This document shows, one piece after another, positions 21,116-29,716 of a stretch of 64,000 nt of DNA. The notes under the pieces are model-generated. The model was not told the origin of the DNA. It worked only from the letters and a program-made list of their open reading frames with translations, and did no database searches. The position numbers and the translations under genes are program-made. This DNA comes from an uncultured Verrucomicrobiae bacterium (GTDB taxonomy: Bacteria > Verrucomicrobiota > Verrucomicrobiia > Chthoniobacterales > Terrimicrobiaceae), in the NCBI GenBank assembly GCA_963706955.1, contig CAVPOC010000008.1, forward strand, positions 384,001 to 448,000, in the 5' to 3' direction. Position 1 is the first letter of the stretch. Every line of letters begins with the position of its first letter.

Positions 21116-23821
21116 TTAGGCAGATTTGACTTGAGGGTAGACCAAACGAACGAGGACCTTCTCGAGTTCGACCACGATGAAGAAGACCACGCCTCCAAGG
21201 AGCAGCCATTTCCAGATCCAGAGCGGTAGGTTTTCGCTGCCGAAAATGTGGTGCATGAACGGTGCGTAGGTGAAGAGTGCCTGAAGCAGGACGACGCCGC
21301 CGATGGCCGCCGGGACGAGCGGGTTGCCCACGAGGGCACGAATCGAGAGGGAGGATTCAAATAAAAAGCGACTATTCACAAGGTAAAAGACCTGACCCAG
21401 GATCATCGCATTTACCGCGGCGGTGCGGGCAATTTCGATAGGCACGCCATGGTGGCTCAGCCAATAGAAGGTGCCGAACGTAAAAACCAGTAGCAGCAGC
21501 GAGATAAACGCGATACGCCAAATGCCGAACCGATTTAACAGAGGTTGATTGGCGATGCGTGGCGGCCGGCCCATAACATCCCGTTCGTGTGGCTCGAAGG
21601 AGATCGCGAGGGCCAGAGTTACCGAGGTGACCATATTGATCCAGAGGATCTGAGGGGGAGTTATCGGAAGCACGAGACCCAAGAAGATCGCCGCAAGGAT
21701 TGTCAAAGCCTGTCCACCGTTAGTCGGAAGCATGAAAAGGATGGCCTTCTCGATGTTATTGTAAACAGTGCGACCTTCCCGGACCGCAGCGGTAATCGAA
21801 GCGAAGTTGTCGTCGGCGAGGACCATCTCAGCGGCTTCCTTCGAAACTTCCGTGCCTTTGATGCCCATGGCAACACCGACGTCGGCTTGCTTAAGGGCCG
21901 GAGCGTCATTGACACCATCACCGGTCATGGAGACCACTTGGCCGGAAGCCTGCATGGCCCGGACAAGGCGCAGCTTGTGCTCGGGACTCGTCCGCGCAAA
22001 GACATCGATCCGCCGGCACTTGGCCTCAAGGGCATCGTCGTCGATTTCCTCGATCTGGCTGCCGGTGACATACGATTTGCCGTCGCCGATGCCGAGCATC
22101 TTCGCGATGCTGGCTCCGGTAACGGCGTGATCGCCAGTAATCATGGTGACGCGGATACCTCCCTGGTGACACTCCTTTACGGCGGCTATGGCTTCATCGC
22201 GCGGCGGATCGATGATGCCGACAAGCCCGAGGAGCACGAGTTCCTTGGTGAGGCCCTCGGCATGGAAAGTGGCTTCGTCGATCTTGGCGTCCGTTAGTCG
22301 AGCCAGTGCCAGCACCCTCTGGCCTTTGCTCGCGATCTCCTCGTTTTTCTTGCTCCAAAACTCACGGTCGAGCGGAGCCTGGATGCCATTAGAAAGTTCC
22401 TGACGGTTGCAGTAATTGATGACCACATCGGGAGCGCCTTTGACGAAAAGGAGCGAGTCGTGAAGAGTGGCCATGAACTTGTGCTCCGACTCGAACGGAA
22501 TCATGTTCGTTCGTGGGAGGGTGGCTATTTCAGTCTCCGCGGAAAGACCGACTTTGGCCGCGAAGGGCAGCAGAGCTCCCTCGGTGGGGTCGCCGGTAAG
22601 TTTCCACGCGCCATCCTCCTCGTGGATGGAGGATTCGTTACAAAGCACGGAGGCGCGGGCCATCGCTTCAAGAACGGGATTTTTGGCGGCGGGCTTGCCG
22701 TCTTTCAGAATTTCACCCCGGGGCGAGTAACCCTCACCCGTCACTTCGTATGAGGCGTCGGCGATCGCCACGGCGGAGACCACCATTTCATTGCGGGTGA
22801 GGGTTCCGGTCTTGTCTGAACAGATTCGCGATACTGACCCGAGAGTCTCAACCGCGGGAAGCCGTCGGATGATGGCGTGCCGCGCGGCCATGCGCTGGAC
22901 ACCGATGGCAAGGGTAATTGTGACGATGGCTGGGAGACCCTCCGGGATGGCAGACACGGCCACGCCGACGGTGGCCTTAAACATGTCCACAAAACCGATA
23001 TCCAGGAAGAGCCGGCCATACGCGAAGGTGATCGCGCAAACGATAAGGATTATGATAGTGAGGATTTTGCCAAACCTCTCGATCTGCCGGAGCAGCGGAG
23101 TCTCCATGGTCTTGACTCCCGAGAGCATCTGGTTGATATGCCCCAACTCGGTGTTTCCTCCGGTGGCGACAACAATCCCCTTGGCCCGACCCGAGACCAC
23201 GAGCGTGCCAGAATAAGCCATGCTCTTGCGATCGCCGATCTGAGCTTTGTCATCGACCGGATCCTCGATCTTATCGACTGGAACCGATTCCCCCGTCAAA
23301 GGCGCTTCCTCGACGCGGAGGTTCTTGACTTCGCAAAGCCGGATGTCACCGGGAATCTTGTCGCCTGACTGCAACAGGACCACGTCTCCGGGAACCAACT
23401 CTTCGGCTGAAACCATGCGCGTCTTTCCGTCGCGCACGGCCATGGCTTCGGATGAAAGCATGTTCCGGATAGAGTCCAAGGCCTTCTCGGCCTTTCCTTC
23501 CTGAACAAAGCCGAGCAAGGCGTTGATTATGACGACGCCTAAAATGACGGAGGCATCCAGCCATTCGCCGAGCAAGATCTTGCCCACGCCGGCGCCAAGC
23601 AGCACGTAGATGAGCACGTTATTGATCTGCATGAGGAAGCGCGTGAGCGGGCTCCTCTTGCCAGCAGTCGGCAACCGATTGGGACCGAACTTGGTCAGCC
23701 TCGCCGACACCTCTTCTGCTCGCAGGCCGGCGTCCTGATCTGTTCCCAGCTTCTTAATTAGCTCTCCAACCGGCAGCGCATGCCAGGATACATTGCTCTC
23801 GAGGGACCTGGATTCTGTCAT
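21116..23821 (-). CDS. Cation-transporting P-type ATPase (type II, Ca2+/CtpF-like)
   Basis: LTGES, IPEGLP, CSDKTGTLT, KGAP, MITGD, TGDGVNDAPAL; ATG at 23821. Confidence 0.95.
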   Translation of the reverse strand: MTESRSLESNVSWHALPVGELIKKLGTDQDAGLRAEEVSARLTKFGPNRLPTAGKRSPLTRFLMQINNVLIYVLLGAGVGKILLGEWLDASVILGVVIINALLGFVQEGKAEKALDSIRNMLSSEAMAVRDGKTRMVSAEELVPGDVVLLQSGDKIPGDIRLCEVKNLRVEEAPLTGESVPVDKIEDPVDDKAQIGDRKSMAYSGTLVVSGRAKGIVVATGGNTELGHINQMLSGVKTMETPLLRQIERFGKILTIIILIVCAITFAYGRLFLDIGFVDMFKATVGVAVSAIPEGLPAIVTITLAIGVQRMAARHAIIRRLPAVETLGSVSRICSDKTGTLTRNEMVVSAVAIADASYEVTGEGYSPRGEILKDGKPAAKNPVLEAMARASVLCNESSIHEEDGAWKLTGDPTEGALLPFAAKVGLSAETEIATLPRTNMIPFESEHKFMATLHDSLLFVKGAPDVVINYCNRQELSNGIQAPLDREFWSKKNEEIASKGQRVLALARLTDAKIDEATFHAEGLTKELVLLGLVGIIDPPRDEAIAAVKECHQGGIRVTMITGDHAVTGASIAKMLGIGDGKSYVTGSQIEEIDDDALEAKCRRIDVFARTSPEHKLRLVRAMQASGQVVSMTGDGVNDAPALKQADVGVAMGIKGTEVSKEAAEMVLADDNFASITAAVREGRTVYNNIEKAILFMLPTNGGQALTILAAIFLGLVLPITPPQILWINMVTSVTLALAISFEPHERDVMGRPPRIANQPLLNRFGIWRIAFISLLLLVFTFGTFYWLSHHGVPIEIARTAAVNAMILGQVFYLVNSRFLFESSLSIRALVGNPLVPAAIGGVVLLQALFTYAPFMHHIFGSENLPLWIWKWLLLGGVVFFIVVELEKVLVRLVYPQVKSA

Positions 23822-23992
23822 GCTAGCAGTGTGAGATGACAGGCCACACCAAGCAAGACTTAGTGGGACATCCGTGCCGGCCCGTCGCGATCGCATTACA
23901 CCTCGAACGAATCGCATCCGCAAAGCGCAGGTAGGATCTTATGCTCGTCTCATGCGCTCGCAAAAGGAGTCGCTTGAAATGGGGGGCGTTGT

Positions 23993-24121
23993 TGGGGAGC
24001 ATACTCATCCTCGCGTGTGGTGTTCGGCGTCTCGCCGAACACGGATTTCCGGCGGGACGCCGGAAATTGCGCACGCAGGAGGGGTGAAGGGGCCCCTCCC
24101 CCTTCTGGCGTGCGCTCCCCA
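23993..24121. repeat. REP-like composite palindromic element
   Basis: Outer TGGGGAGC...GCTCCCCA; perfect hairpins GTGTTCGGCG-TCT-CGCCGAACAC (24020-24042) and ATTTCCGGCG-GGA-CGCCGGAAAT (24045-24067); GCGCACGC...GCGTGCGC (24069-24115). Confidence 0.7.
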
Positions 24122-24216
24122 GAACACGAAAGTGACGCGACTACAAATTTCCGCTGGGCTCTAAGTTCAACGACCGATCGCGGGGATGAAAATTGGCAGA
24201 GATATACAGTCGAAAG

Positions 24217-25383
24217 TCAGCCAACTTGGAGGCGACCGCCGATGCGCCCGTGCTTCACCATTGTGGCGAGCGTGTCGACCATGGCCCGGACGGCCAGCAG
24301 GGAGGTAATGTCGGAGATGTCGTAGGGAGGGGAGACCTCGACGACCTCCATGGCGGCGATGCCTTCTTTAGCAACCCCCTGGATGATTTTGAGAGCCTCG
24401 CGCGGCAGAAATCCTCCCGGCTCCGGCCAGCCAGTTCCCGGAACAAACCCCGCATCCACGGCATCGATGTCGAAGGAGAGATAGACCGCACTGGCTCCTT
24501 TCCAAGCCACCTCCAAAGCGATCTCGATGGTCTTGTCGATCCCAATGCGTTCAATGTCGCTGACCGTGAGCACGGTGGTGCCCCGCTCCCGGCCGGCCCT
24601 CACGCCGGCGCGCGGAACCTGCCAGCCGCCAATGCCCAGTTGCACCAGATTCGATGGCGGCACGTTGGCGAGGTTGGTGGCGTGGAACCATGGACAAGTG
24701 TGCATGATCTCATCCATGTCGCGCTCCTGGGTGTCCACATGCCGGTCCAGATGAATGATGCCGACCTTGCCCTCTACGCATTGGGCTACCCCTCGAACGC
24801 ATGGATAGCCAATGGAATGATCCCCACCCATGATCATCGGCAGGGTGCCTTGGGAAAGAATATGCGCCACCCCCTTGGTGATCTGGTCATGGGCCTTGGT
24901 GATGTTCGCCGGACAGAAAACGTCGCCGACATCGCACATCTTGAGCGACTCCCCTAAATCGACTGCGTGTTCAAAACTATACTTTTGGTAAAGCGCCGAG
25001 ATTCGGCGCATCCCCTGAGGGCCGAACCGTGTTCCCGTGCGAAAGGTCGCCGCAATGTCGAACGGAACGCCCACAAAGGCGACGTCGTATTCGCCCACTT
25101 TGTGAACGTCCTCGAGATAGGGCGCACGCAGGAGAGTATTGATGCCCGACCAATGCGGAAGACTGCCCCGCTGGAAGCAGCTGAACTCAGTCTTGTCCTC
25201 GATGGACTCCGCCGGCTCCAGGCCGAGTTCCTTGATGCGGAGATTGTCCGCCGCCCACTTCTTTTTCGGCAGGCTCGTCTCGCCACCTGCCGATTTCATG
25301 CCCTGGAATTGTCCGACATCCGGAAGCTTGCGATTGTGCTCCCTATAGTTTGGAGCATGGGAGTCAAAAAAGGCCACGGACAT
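24217..25383 (-). CDS. gdmH: Ureohydrolase/agmatinase family; guanidine hydrolase (GdmH-type)
   Basis: GGDHS, HLDRHVD, FDID metal ligands; 'DTQERDMDEIMHTCPWFHATN...LVQLGIGGWQVPR' is, from memory, near-identical to cyanobacterial GdmH; ATG at 25383 preceded by AGGA. Confidence 0.78.
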   Translation of the reverse strand: MSVAFFDSHAPNYREHNRKLPDVGQFQGMKSAGGETSLPKKKWAADNLRIKELGLEPAESIEDKTEFSCFQRGSLPHWSGINTLLRAPYLEDVHKVGEYDVAFVGVPFDIAATFRTGTRFGPQGMRRISALYQKYSFEHAVDLGESLKMCDVGDVFCPANITKAHDQITKGVAHILSQGTLPMIMGGDHSIGYPCVRGVAQCVEGKVGIIHLDRHVDTQERDMDEIMHTCPWFHATNLANVPPSNLVQLGIGGWQVPRAGVRAGRERGTTVLTVSDIERIGIDKTIEIALEVAWKGASAVYLSFDIDAVDAGFVPGTGWPEPGGFLPREALKIIQGVAKEGIAAMEVVEVSPPYDISDITSLLAVRAMVDTLATMVKHGRIGGRLQVG

Positions 25384-25925
25384 TTCCTGAAGGGCTGTCC
25401 AAGGAAAATCAAGCGAGAAAGGCGTCTTGCTGACGGTCGGCCGCTCCCCAAATCTGACGGCCAGCTCCGACGATCCCAAGCAGAGTTCACAAATGGAACG
25501 CTCACCGGGCGATGGGAAGAAGCATCGTTGCAGTTACGAGCAAGGAGGAAACAATTAGTCCAATAGAAAGGCGGTCGACTGCTCTGACCCGCCGACAAAT
25601 ATCCGCTCAGCACAGCGGTGAACGTCCTTGGATTGAGTCGTCCAAGCAGAACCTCTTCTTCTTGACTTGGGTCTTCTGCCTGTTACCAAGCACGCAACTT
25701 CCGGCGGTTATCGCCGAACATGAAAGCTCAAAAACGCGCGATGCCTTTGCTGACCGTTGCCGCCTCTTGCGCCAGCGATGCCATGTCGAATTAGGAGAAG
25801 CGAGCGGATTTTTGCATGGTGTCAGCCATGGTTTCGCCGGCATTACTATCTTTGTCCGATGATTGCGGCTCTCTGGGCAGCGCAGACTGGAGGCCACGCG
25901 ATTTCGGCGATCGCAAAAATGAGGT

Positions 25926-26423
25926 TTGGCTGAAGTGAAGACCGCGGCGCGCTCTTTGCTTCCGCGCTTTGTCGCGCTGCTGGTTTTCTGGTTGATCCTT
26001 GAAGGAGCAAACCCGCCTGGGCTACTCATCGGCCTACCGACAGCAGCCCTCGCGACCTGGATTTCTACAAAGCTGATCCCGCCCCGGGGCGGGTATACCT
26101 CTCCTGCAGCATTGCTTGCATTCTTCGGCCATTTTCTGTGGGGCTCACTGGTCGCGGGGATCGATCTGGCGATCCGAGCGCTGCACCCGCGGTTGCCGCT
26201 CCGGACGGGATTTGTCTCCTGCCCCTGCGCGATTTCTCGTGGGCCGCGGCGCGATCTTTTCCTGGCGACGAGCAGCCTCATGCCAGGTTCCCTGCCCGTA
26301 GAGGATGGAAACGGGCTAATTATCTTGCATGCACTGGATGTCGAACAACCGCACGCAGCGCAAATGGCCGAAACTGAGGTCCGATTCGCGGACGCTACGG
26401 GAGACCGCCCGCTCGATGCGTGA
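25926..26423 (+). CDS. mrpE: Na+/H+ antiporter subunit E
   Basis: 'SLMPGSL...LHALD' MnhE-type motif; first gene of overlapping operon; start uncertain (25926 or 25935). Confidence 0.85.
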   Translation: MAEVKTAARSLLPRFVALLVFWLILEGANPPGLLIGLPTAALATWISTKLIPPRGGYTSPAALLAFFGHFLWGSLVAGIDLAIRALHPRLPLRTGFVSCPCAISRGPRRDLFLATSSLMPGSLPVEDGNGLIILHALDVEQPHAAQMAETEVRFADATGDRPLDA

Positions 26424-26700
26424 GTTCTTCTTTGGCGCGGCGGGTTTGGTGCTTGCGTTGGTCGCTATCGGCCTGCTGCGCATCTTGCGCGGCCCGCAAA
26501 ACGTCGATCGAATGATGGCGGCGCAACTGCTCGGGAGCGGAGGCATTGCCGTCTTGCTGCTGGCTGCTGGGGGTGGGCTGCCTGGAGCTGCGGATGTGGC
26601 GCTGACGCTGGCGCTGCTTGCCTCTTTCGTCACGGTCGCATTCGTCGAGTGCGGAGCTTCGCGGCCAAATGCAGACCAGGAACGCGACAGAGCGGAATGA
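26416..26700 (+). CDS. mrpF: Na+/H+ antiporter subunit F
   Basis: RILRGP..DRMMA, DVALTLALL. Confidence 0.85.
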   Translation: MREFFFGAAGLVLALVAIGLLRILRGPQNVDRMMAAQLLGSGGIAVLLLAAGGGLPGAADVALTLALLASFVTVAFVECGASRPNADQERDRAE

Positions 26701-26981
26701 GCGCGGCGCTCAATGTCTTTAGCGTTGCCGCGATTTCTTTAGGCGTGTTCTTCTTTCTCGCGGGGACGGTCGGTTTGCTGCGTTTTCCCGACACCCTGAC
26801 ACGCCTGCATGCCCTGACGAAGGCAGATAATCTAGGCCTTGGCTTGACGATGCTTGGGCTGCTTCCACACGTGGCGTGGCCGTTCGGCGCGCTCAAATTA
26901 TTCGCGATTTGGCTGCTGGTTATGGTGGCGAGCGCAGGTGCGTCACAGCTTGTGGCACGCGCGGTTCGGAACAAACCATAA
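26697..26981 (+). CDS. mrpG: Na+/H+ antiporter subunit G
   Basis: GLLRFPDTLTRLHALTKAD; ATGA overlap. Confidence 0.9.
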   Translation: MSAALNVFSVAAISLGVFFFLAGTVGLLRFPDTLTRLHALTKADNLGLGLTMLGLLPHVAWPFGALKLFAIWLLVMVASAGASQLVARAVRNKP

Positions 26982-26982
26982 G

Positions 26983-27918
26983 ATGGAGCTGATTTTTTCC
27001 ATCGAACTGGCGGTGCTTATCGTCGCCTTGGCCGTCTATGTTGCCGTCGGACGTGGCACCTTTTCGGTGATTGTCGGTTTTGTCGCCTTTGGTCTCCTCC
27101 TCTCGCTGGTGTGGATGGGACTGGCCGCGCCCGATGTGGCGCTTACCGAAGCAGCGCTGGGTGGAGGGGTAACCGGCACCTTACTGCTGAGAGCGCACGC
27201 CAAGCTGCACCGACCGAAGGAGGAGCCAGAATCAGTCGGAATGTTCGAACGTATGGCAGCCCTCTTCTTGTGCCTAGGCGTTTCGGCGTGCCTGATCATC
27301 GTCGTGTTGACGCTCCCGGCTCCGGCCCCGACACTGGCCCCGGAAGCGCTCGCCCACCTGGCAGAGACAGGGCTGGGGAACGCGGTCACGGCGGTGCTGA
27401 TGGTTTATCGGGCCCTCGATACGTTGCTCGAAAAGGTGGTGCTCCTGCTTGCGCTGGTGGCGGTTTGGTCTTTGGCGGCCGATCGGAATTGGGGCGATCG
27501 GCCAGTGTTTGAAAGCCGTAAAGATTCCGAAGGGCCGCTCATCTTTTTGGCGCGTGTATTGATTCCCCTGGGCGTGATGGTCGGGATCTATCTCTTCTGG
27601 GTCGGGGCAGACGACCCCGGCAGCGCGTTTGCAGGCGGCGCAATGATCTCAGCAATGGCCCTTCTTGGATTTTTTGCCGGCGTCTACGCGGTTCCCAGAG
27701 TGGATGGAGTTTGGTTGCGGATTGCGCTGGTGATCGGAATTGCAGTCTTCCTCGTCATCGGACTGGCCGGCCTTGCCGCAGGCTCCGGCTTTCTCACTTA
27801 TCCGAGCAATTTCGCCAAGCCTGTCATCGTCTTGATCGAAATTGCGATGACCCTCTCGATCGGCGTGACCCTAGCGATGCTGGTGGTGGGACCGCCGGGA
27901 GAGTCTTCCCCTCCATGA
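26983..27918 (+). CDS. mrpB: Na+/H+ antiporter subunit B (DUF4040 + MnhB domains)
   Basis: APDVALTEAALG, NAVTAVL..YRALDTLLE, PGSAFAGG. Confidence 0.85.
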   Translation: MELIFSIELAVLIVALAVYVAVGRGTFSVIVGFVAFGLLLSLVWMGLAAPDVALTEAALGGGVTGTLLLRAHAKLHRPKEEPESVGMFERMAALFLCLGVSACLIIVVLTLPAPAPTLAPEALAHLAETGLGNAVTAVLMVYRALDTLLEKVVLLLALVAVWSLAADRNWGDRPVFESRKDSEGPLIFLARVLIPLGVMVGIYLFWVGADDPGSAFAGGAMISAMALLGFFAGVYAVPRVDGVWLRIALVIGIAVFLVIGLAGLAAGSGFLTYPSNFAKPVIVLIEIAMTLSIGVTLAMLVVGPPGESSPP

Positions 27919-28250
27919 GCGTTGCCGCCATATTCGGCATTTCCGCCTCCTTGCTCGTGGGGATCGGTCTTTACGGCCTGATCGTGCAACCGCATCCGTT
28001 AAGAAAAATGCTTTCGTTCAATGTCCTAGGGGGTGGAACTTTTCTCCTTTTCGGAGCGATCGCCCGACGCGGTGCAGCGGCCGGCTTTGGTGGTGATCCA
28101 GTGCCGCAGGCGCTGGTCATTACTGGCATGGTCGTGGCGTTTTCGGCGACGGCGCTGGGAGTGGCGATTCTGCTCCGTTTCTTTAAGGAGACCGGCCAAG
28201 CGTCGCTGCGCGATCCGATGCAATCCACGCCTACGGAATCGGATCGTTGA
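27915..28250 (+). CDS. mrpC: Na+/H+ antiporter subunit C
   Basis: DPVPQALVITGMVV; ATGA overlap. Confidence 0.9.
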   Translation: MSVAAIFGISASLLVGIGLYGLIVQPHPLRKMLSFNVLGGGTFLLFGAIARRGAAAGFGGDPVPQALVITGMVVAFSATALGVAILLRFFKETGQASLRDPMQSTPTESDR

Positions 28251-29716
28251 TGGCATTTCTCCCTCTGGCGCTCGCCCTTCCTGTAGCGGGCATTCTGTTG
28301 ATCGCTCTCGCCGGAGGGCGTTACGCGCGCGGTATCGCATTGGGTGCGCTCGTTCTGGGAAGTGGTGTCACCGCCGCAATTGTGACAATTCTATGGTCAA
28401 CCGGAGAGCCGCTGACCTATTTATCCGGCGCGTGGGCGCCTCCCATCGGGATCAAGCTCCGCGCCGACGGGCTTTCCGCCGCCATGATGGTGGTGACGAG
28501 CTTGGTCGTCCTCGCCGCGGCGTTGTACGCGCCAAGCGAGTACCGCGTGACTCCCCGAGGGCGTGAAACCCGCGCGTCGTATTCGTTTTGGATTCTCCTC
28601 CTTGGAGTGTGGGGTGCGATGAACGCAGTTTTTCTTGGCAACGATCTATTCAACCTCTACGTCGCACTTGAGCTGCTCACCTTCGCCGGGGTGCCGCTGG
28701 TTTGCTTGGCCGGAAGCCCCGCGACGTTGATCGCCGCGCTCCGCTACCTGCTTTTTGCCCTGCTCGGGTCGGTGATCTACCTGCTCGGTGCCGTCCTGAT
28801 TTACGCCAATTATGGGACACTGGACATCGGACTGCTGTCCGGCGAACTGCGACCCGAACTTGGCTCGTGGCTGGCGATTGCTCTCATGACCGCGGGCCTG
28901 GCGGCCAAGACCGCTCTCTTCCCTCTTCATATCTGGCTACCGCCCGCTCATTCGGGCGCGCCGCCCGCCGCGAGTGCGTTGCTCTCCGCGCTGGTCGTCA
29001 AGGGGTCGTTTTTTCTCGTGGTTCGTCTCTGGTTCGATTTGGCGCCAACAATCATCGGAGAAATGGCTGGCCAGATTCTCGGCACGATGGGTGCCGGCGC
29101 GATCGTCATTGGCGGGGTGGTCGCATTGGGGCAGGCGCGGTTGAAACTCCTCGTCGCCTACTCGACCGTGGCGCAGATCGGCTACCTTTTTCTGATCTTT
29201 CCACTTGCGAAAGAGAGTAGTGCGCTAACGGGCGGCATCCTCCAGGCCATTTCGCACGCATTTGCCAAGGCTGCGATGTTCATGGCCGCGGGTCTCATGG
29301 CCGGAGTTCTCGGACACGATCGGATCGCTGATCTGCGGGGGATCGGACGGGCTTTGCCGGTCACAGTCCTTGCCTTCGTCGTGGCCGCGGTGTCGCTGGT
29401 TGGGGTGCCTCCTTCGGGCGGGTTTCTTGCAAAGTGGCTGTTGCTCTCGGCGTCGTTTGCATCCGGGCAATGGTGGTGGGCAGCGGTCATTCTCACGGGA
29501 GCTCTTCTCGCAGGAGGGTACATGTTTCGCGCCTTCGCGTCCGCCCTGGCGGATTCCGAGGCTCCCTTGTCCATCGCGGCGCCCGTCCCAAGGGCTCGCG
29601 AATTGGTCGTGCTGGCCCTAGCGATCTGCGCGTTGTTGATTGGAATGTTTCCAAAGATCCCGATCGAGCTCCTTCAGATTGGGCGGCCACAGCAATCGGG
29701 GATCGCGCTGCCATGA
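28250..29716 (+). CDS. mrpD: Na+/H+ antiporter subunit D (proton-conducting membrane subunit)
   Basis: DLFNLYVALEL, KTALFPLHIWLPPAH, AYSTVAQIGY, HAFAKA, GFLAKW. Confidence 0.9.
   Translation: MAFLPLALALPVAGILLIALAGGRYARGIALGALVLGSGVTAAIVTILWSTGEPLTYLSGAWAPPIGIKLRADGLSAAMMVVTSLVVLAAALYAPSEYRVTPRGRETRASYSFWILLLGVWGAMNAVFLGNDLFNLYVALELLTFAGVPLVCLAGSPATLIAALRYLLFALLGSVIYLLGAVLIYANYGTLDIGLLSGELRPELGSWLAIALMTAGLAAKTALFPLHIWLPPAHSGAPPAASALLSALVVKGSFFLVVRLWFDLAPTIIGEMAGQILGTMGAGAIVIGGVVALGQARLKLLVAYSTVAQIGYLFLIFPLAKESSALTGGILQAISHAFAKAAMFMAAGLMAGVLGHDRIADLRGIGRALPVTVLAFVVAAVSLVGVPPSGGFLAKWLLLSASFASGQWWWAAVILTGALLAGGYMFRAFASALADSEAPLSIAAPVPRARELVVLALAICALLIGMFPKIPIELLQIGRPQQSGIALP

Noticed and set aside
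23822..23992. Mn2+ (yybP-ykoY) or Mg2+ riboswitch ahead of the P-type ATPase
   Set aside because: No recognisable consensus on the minus strand
25480..25925. Possible decayed gene between gdmH and mrpE
   Set aside because: Short frames interrupted by stops with no recognisable similarity; a pseudogene call cannot be supported
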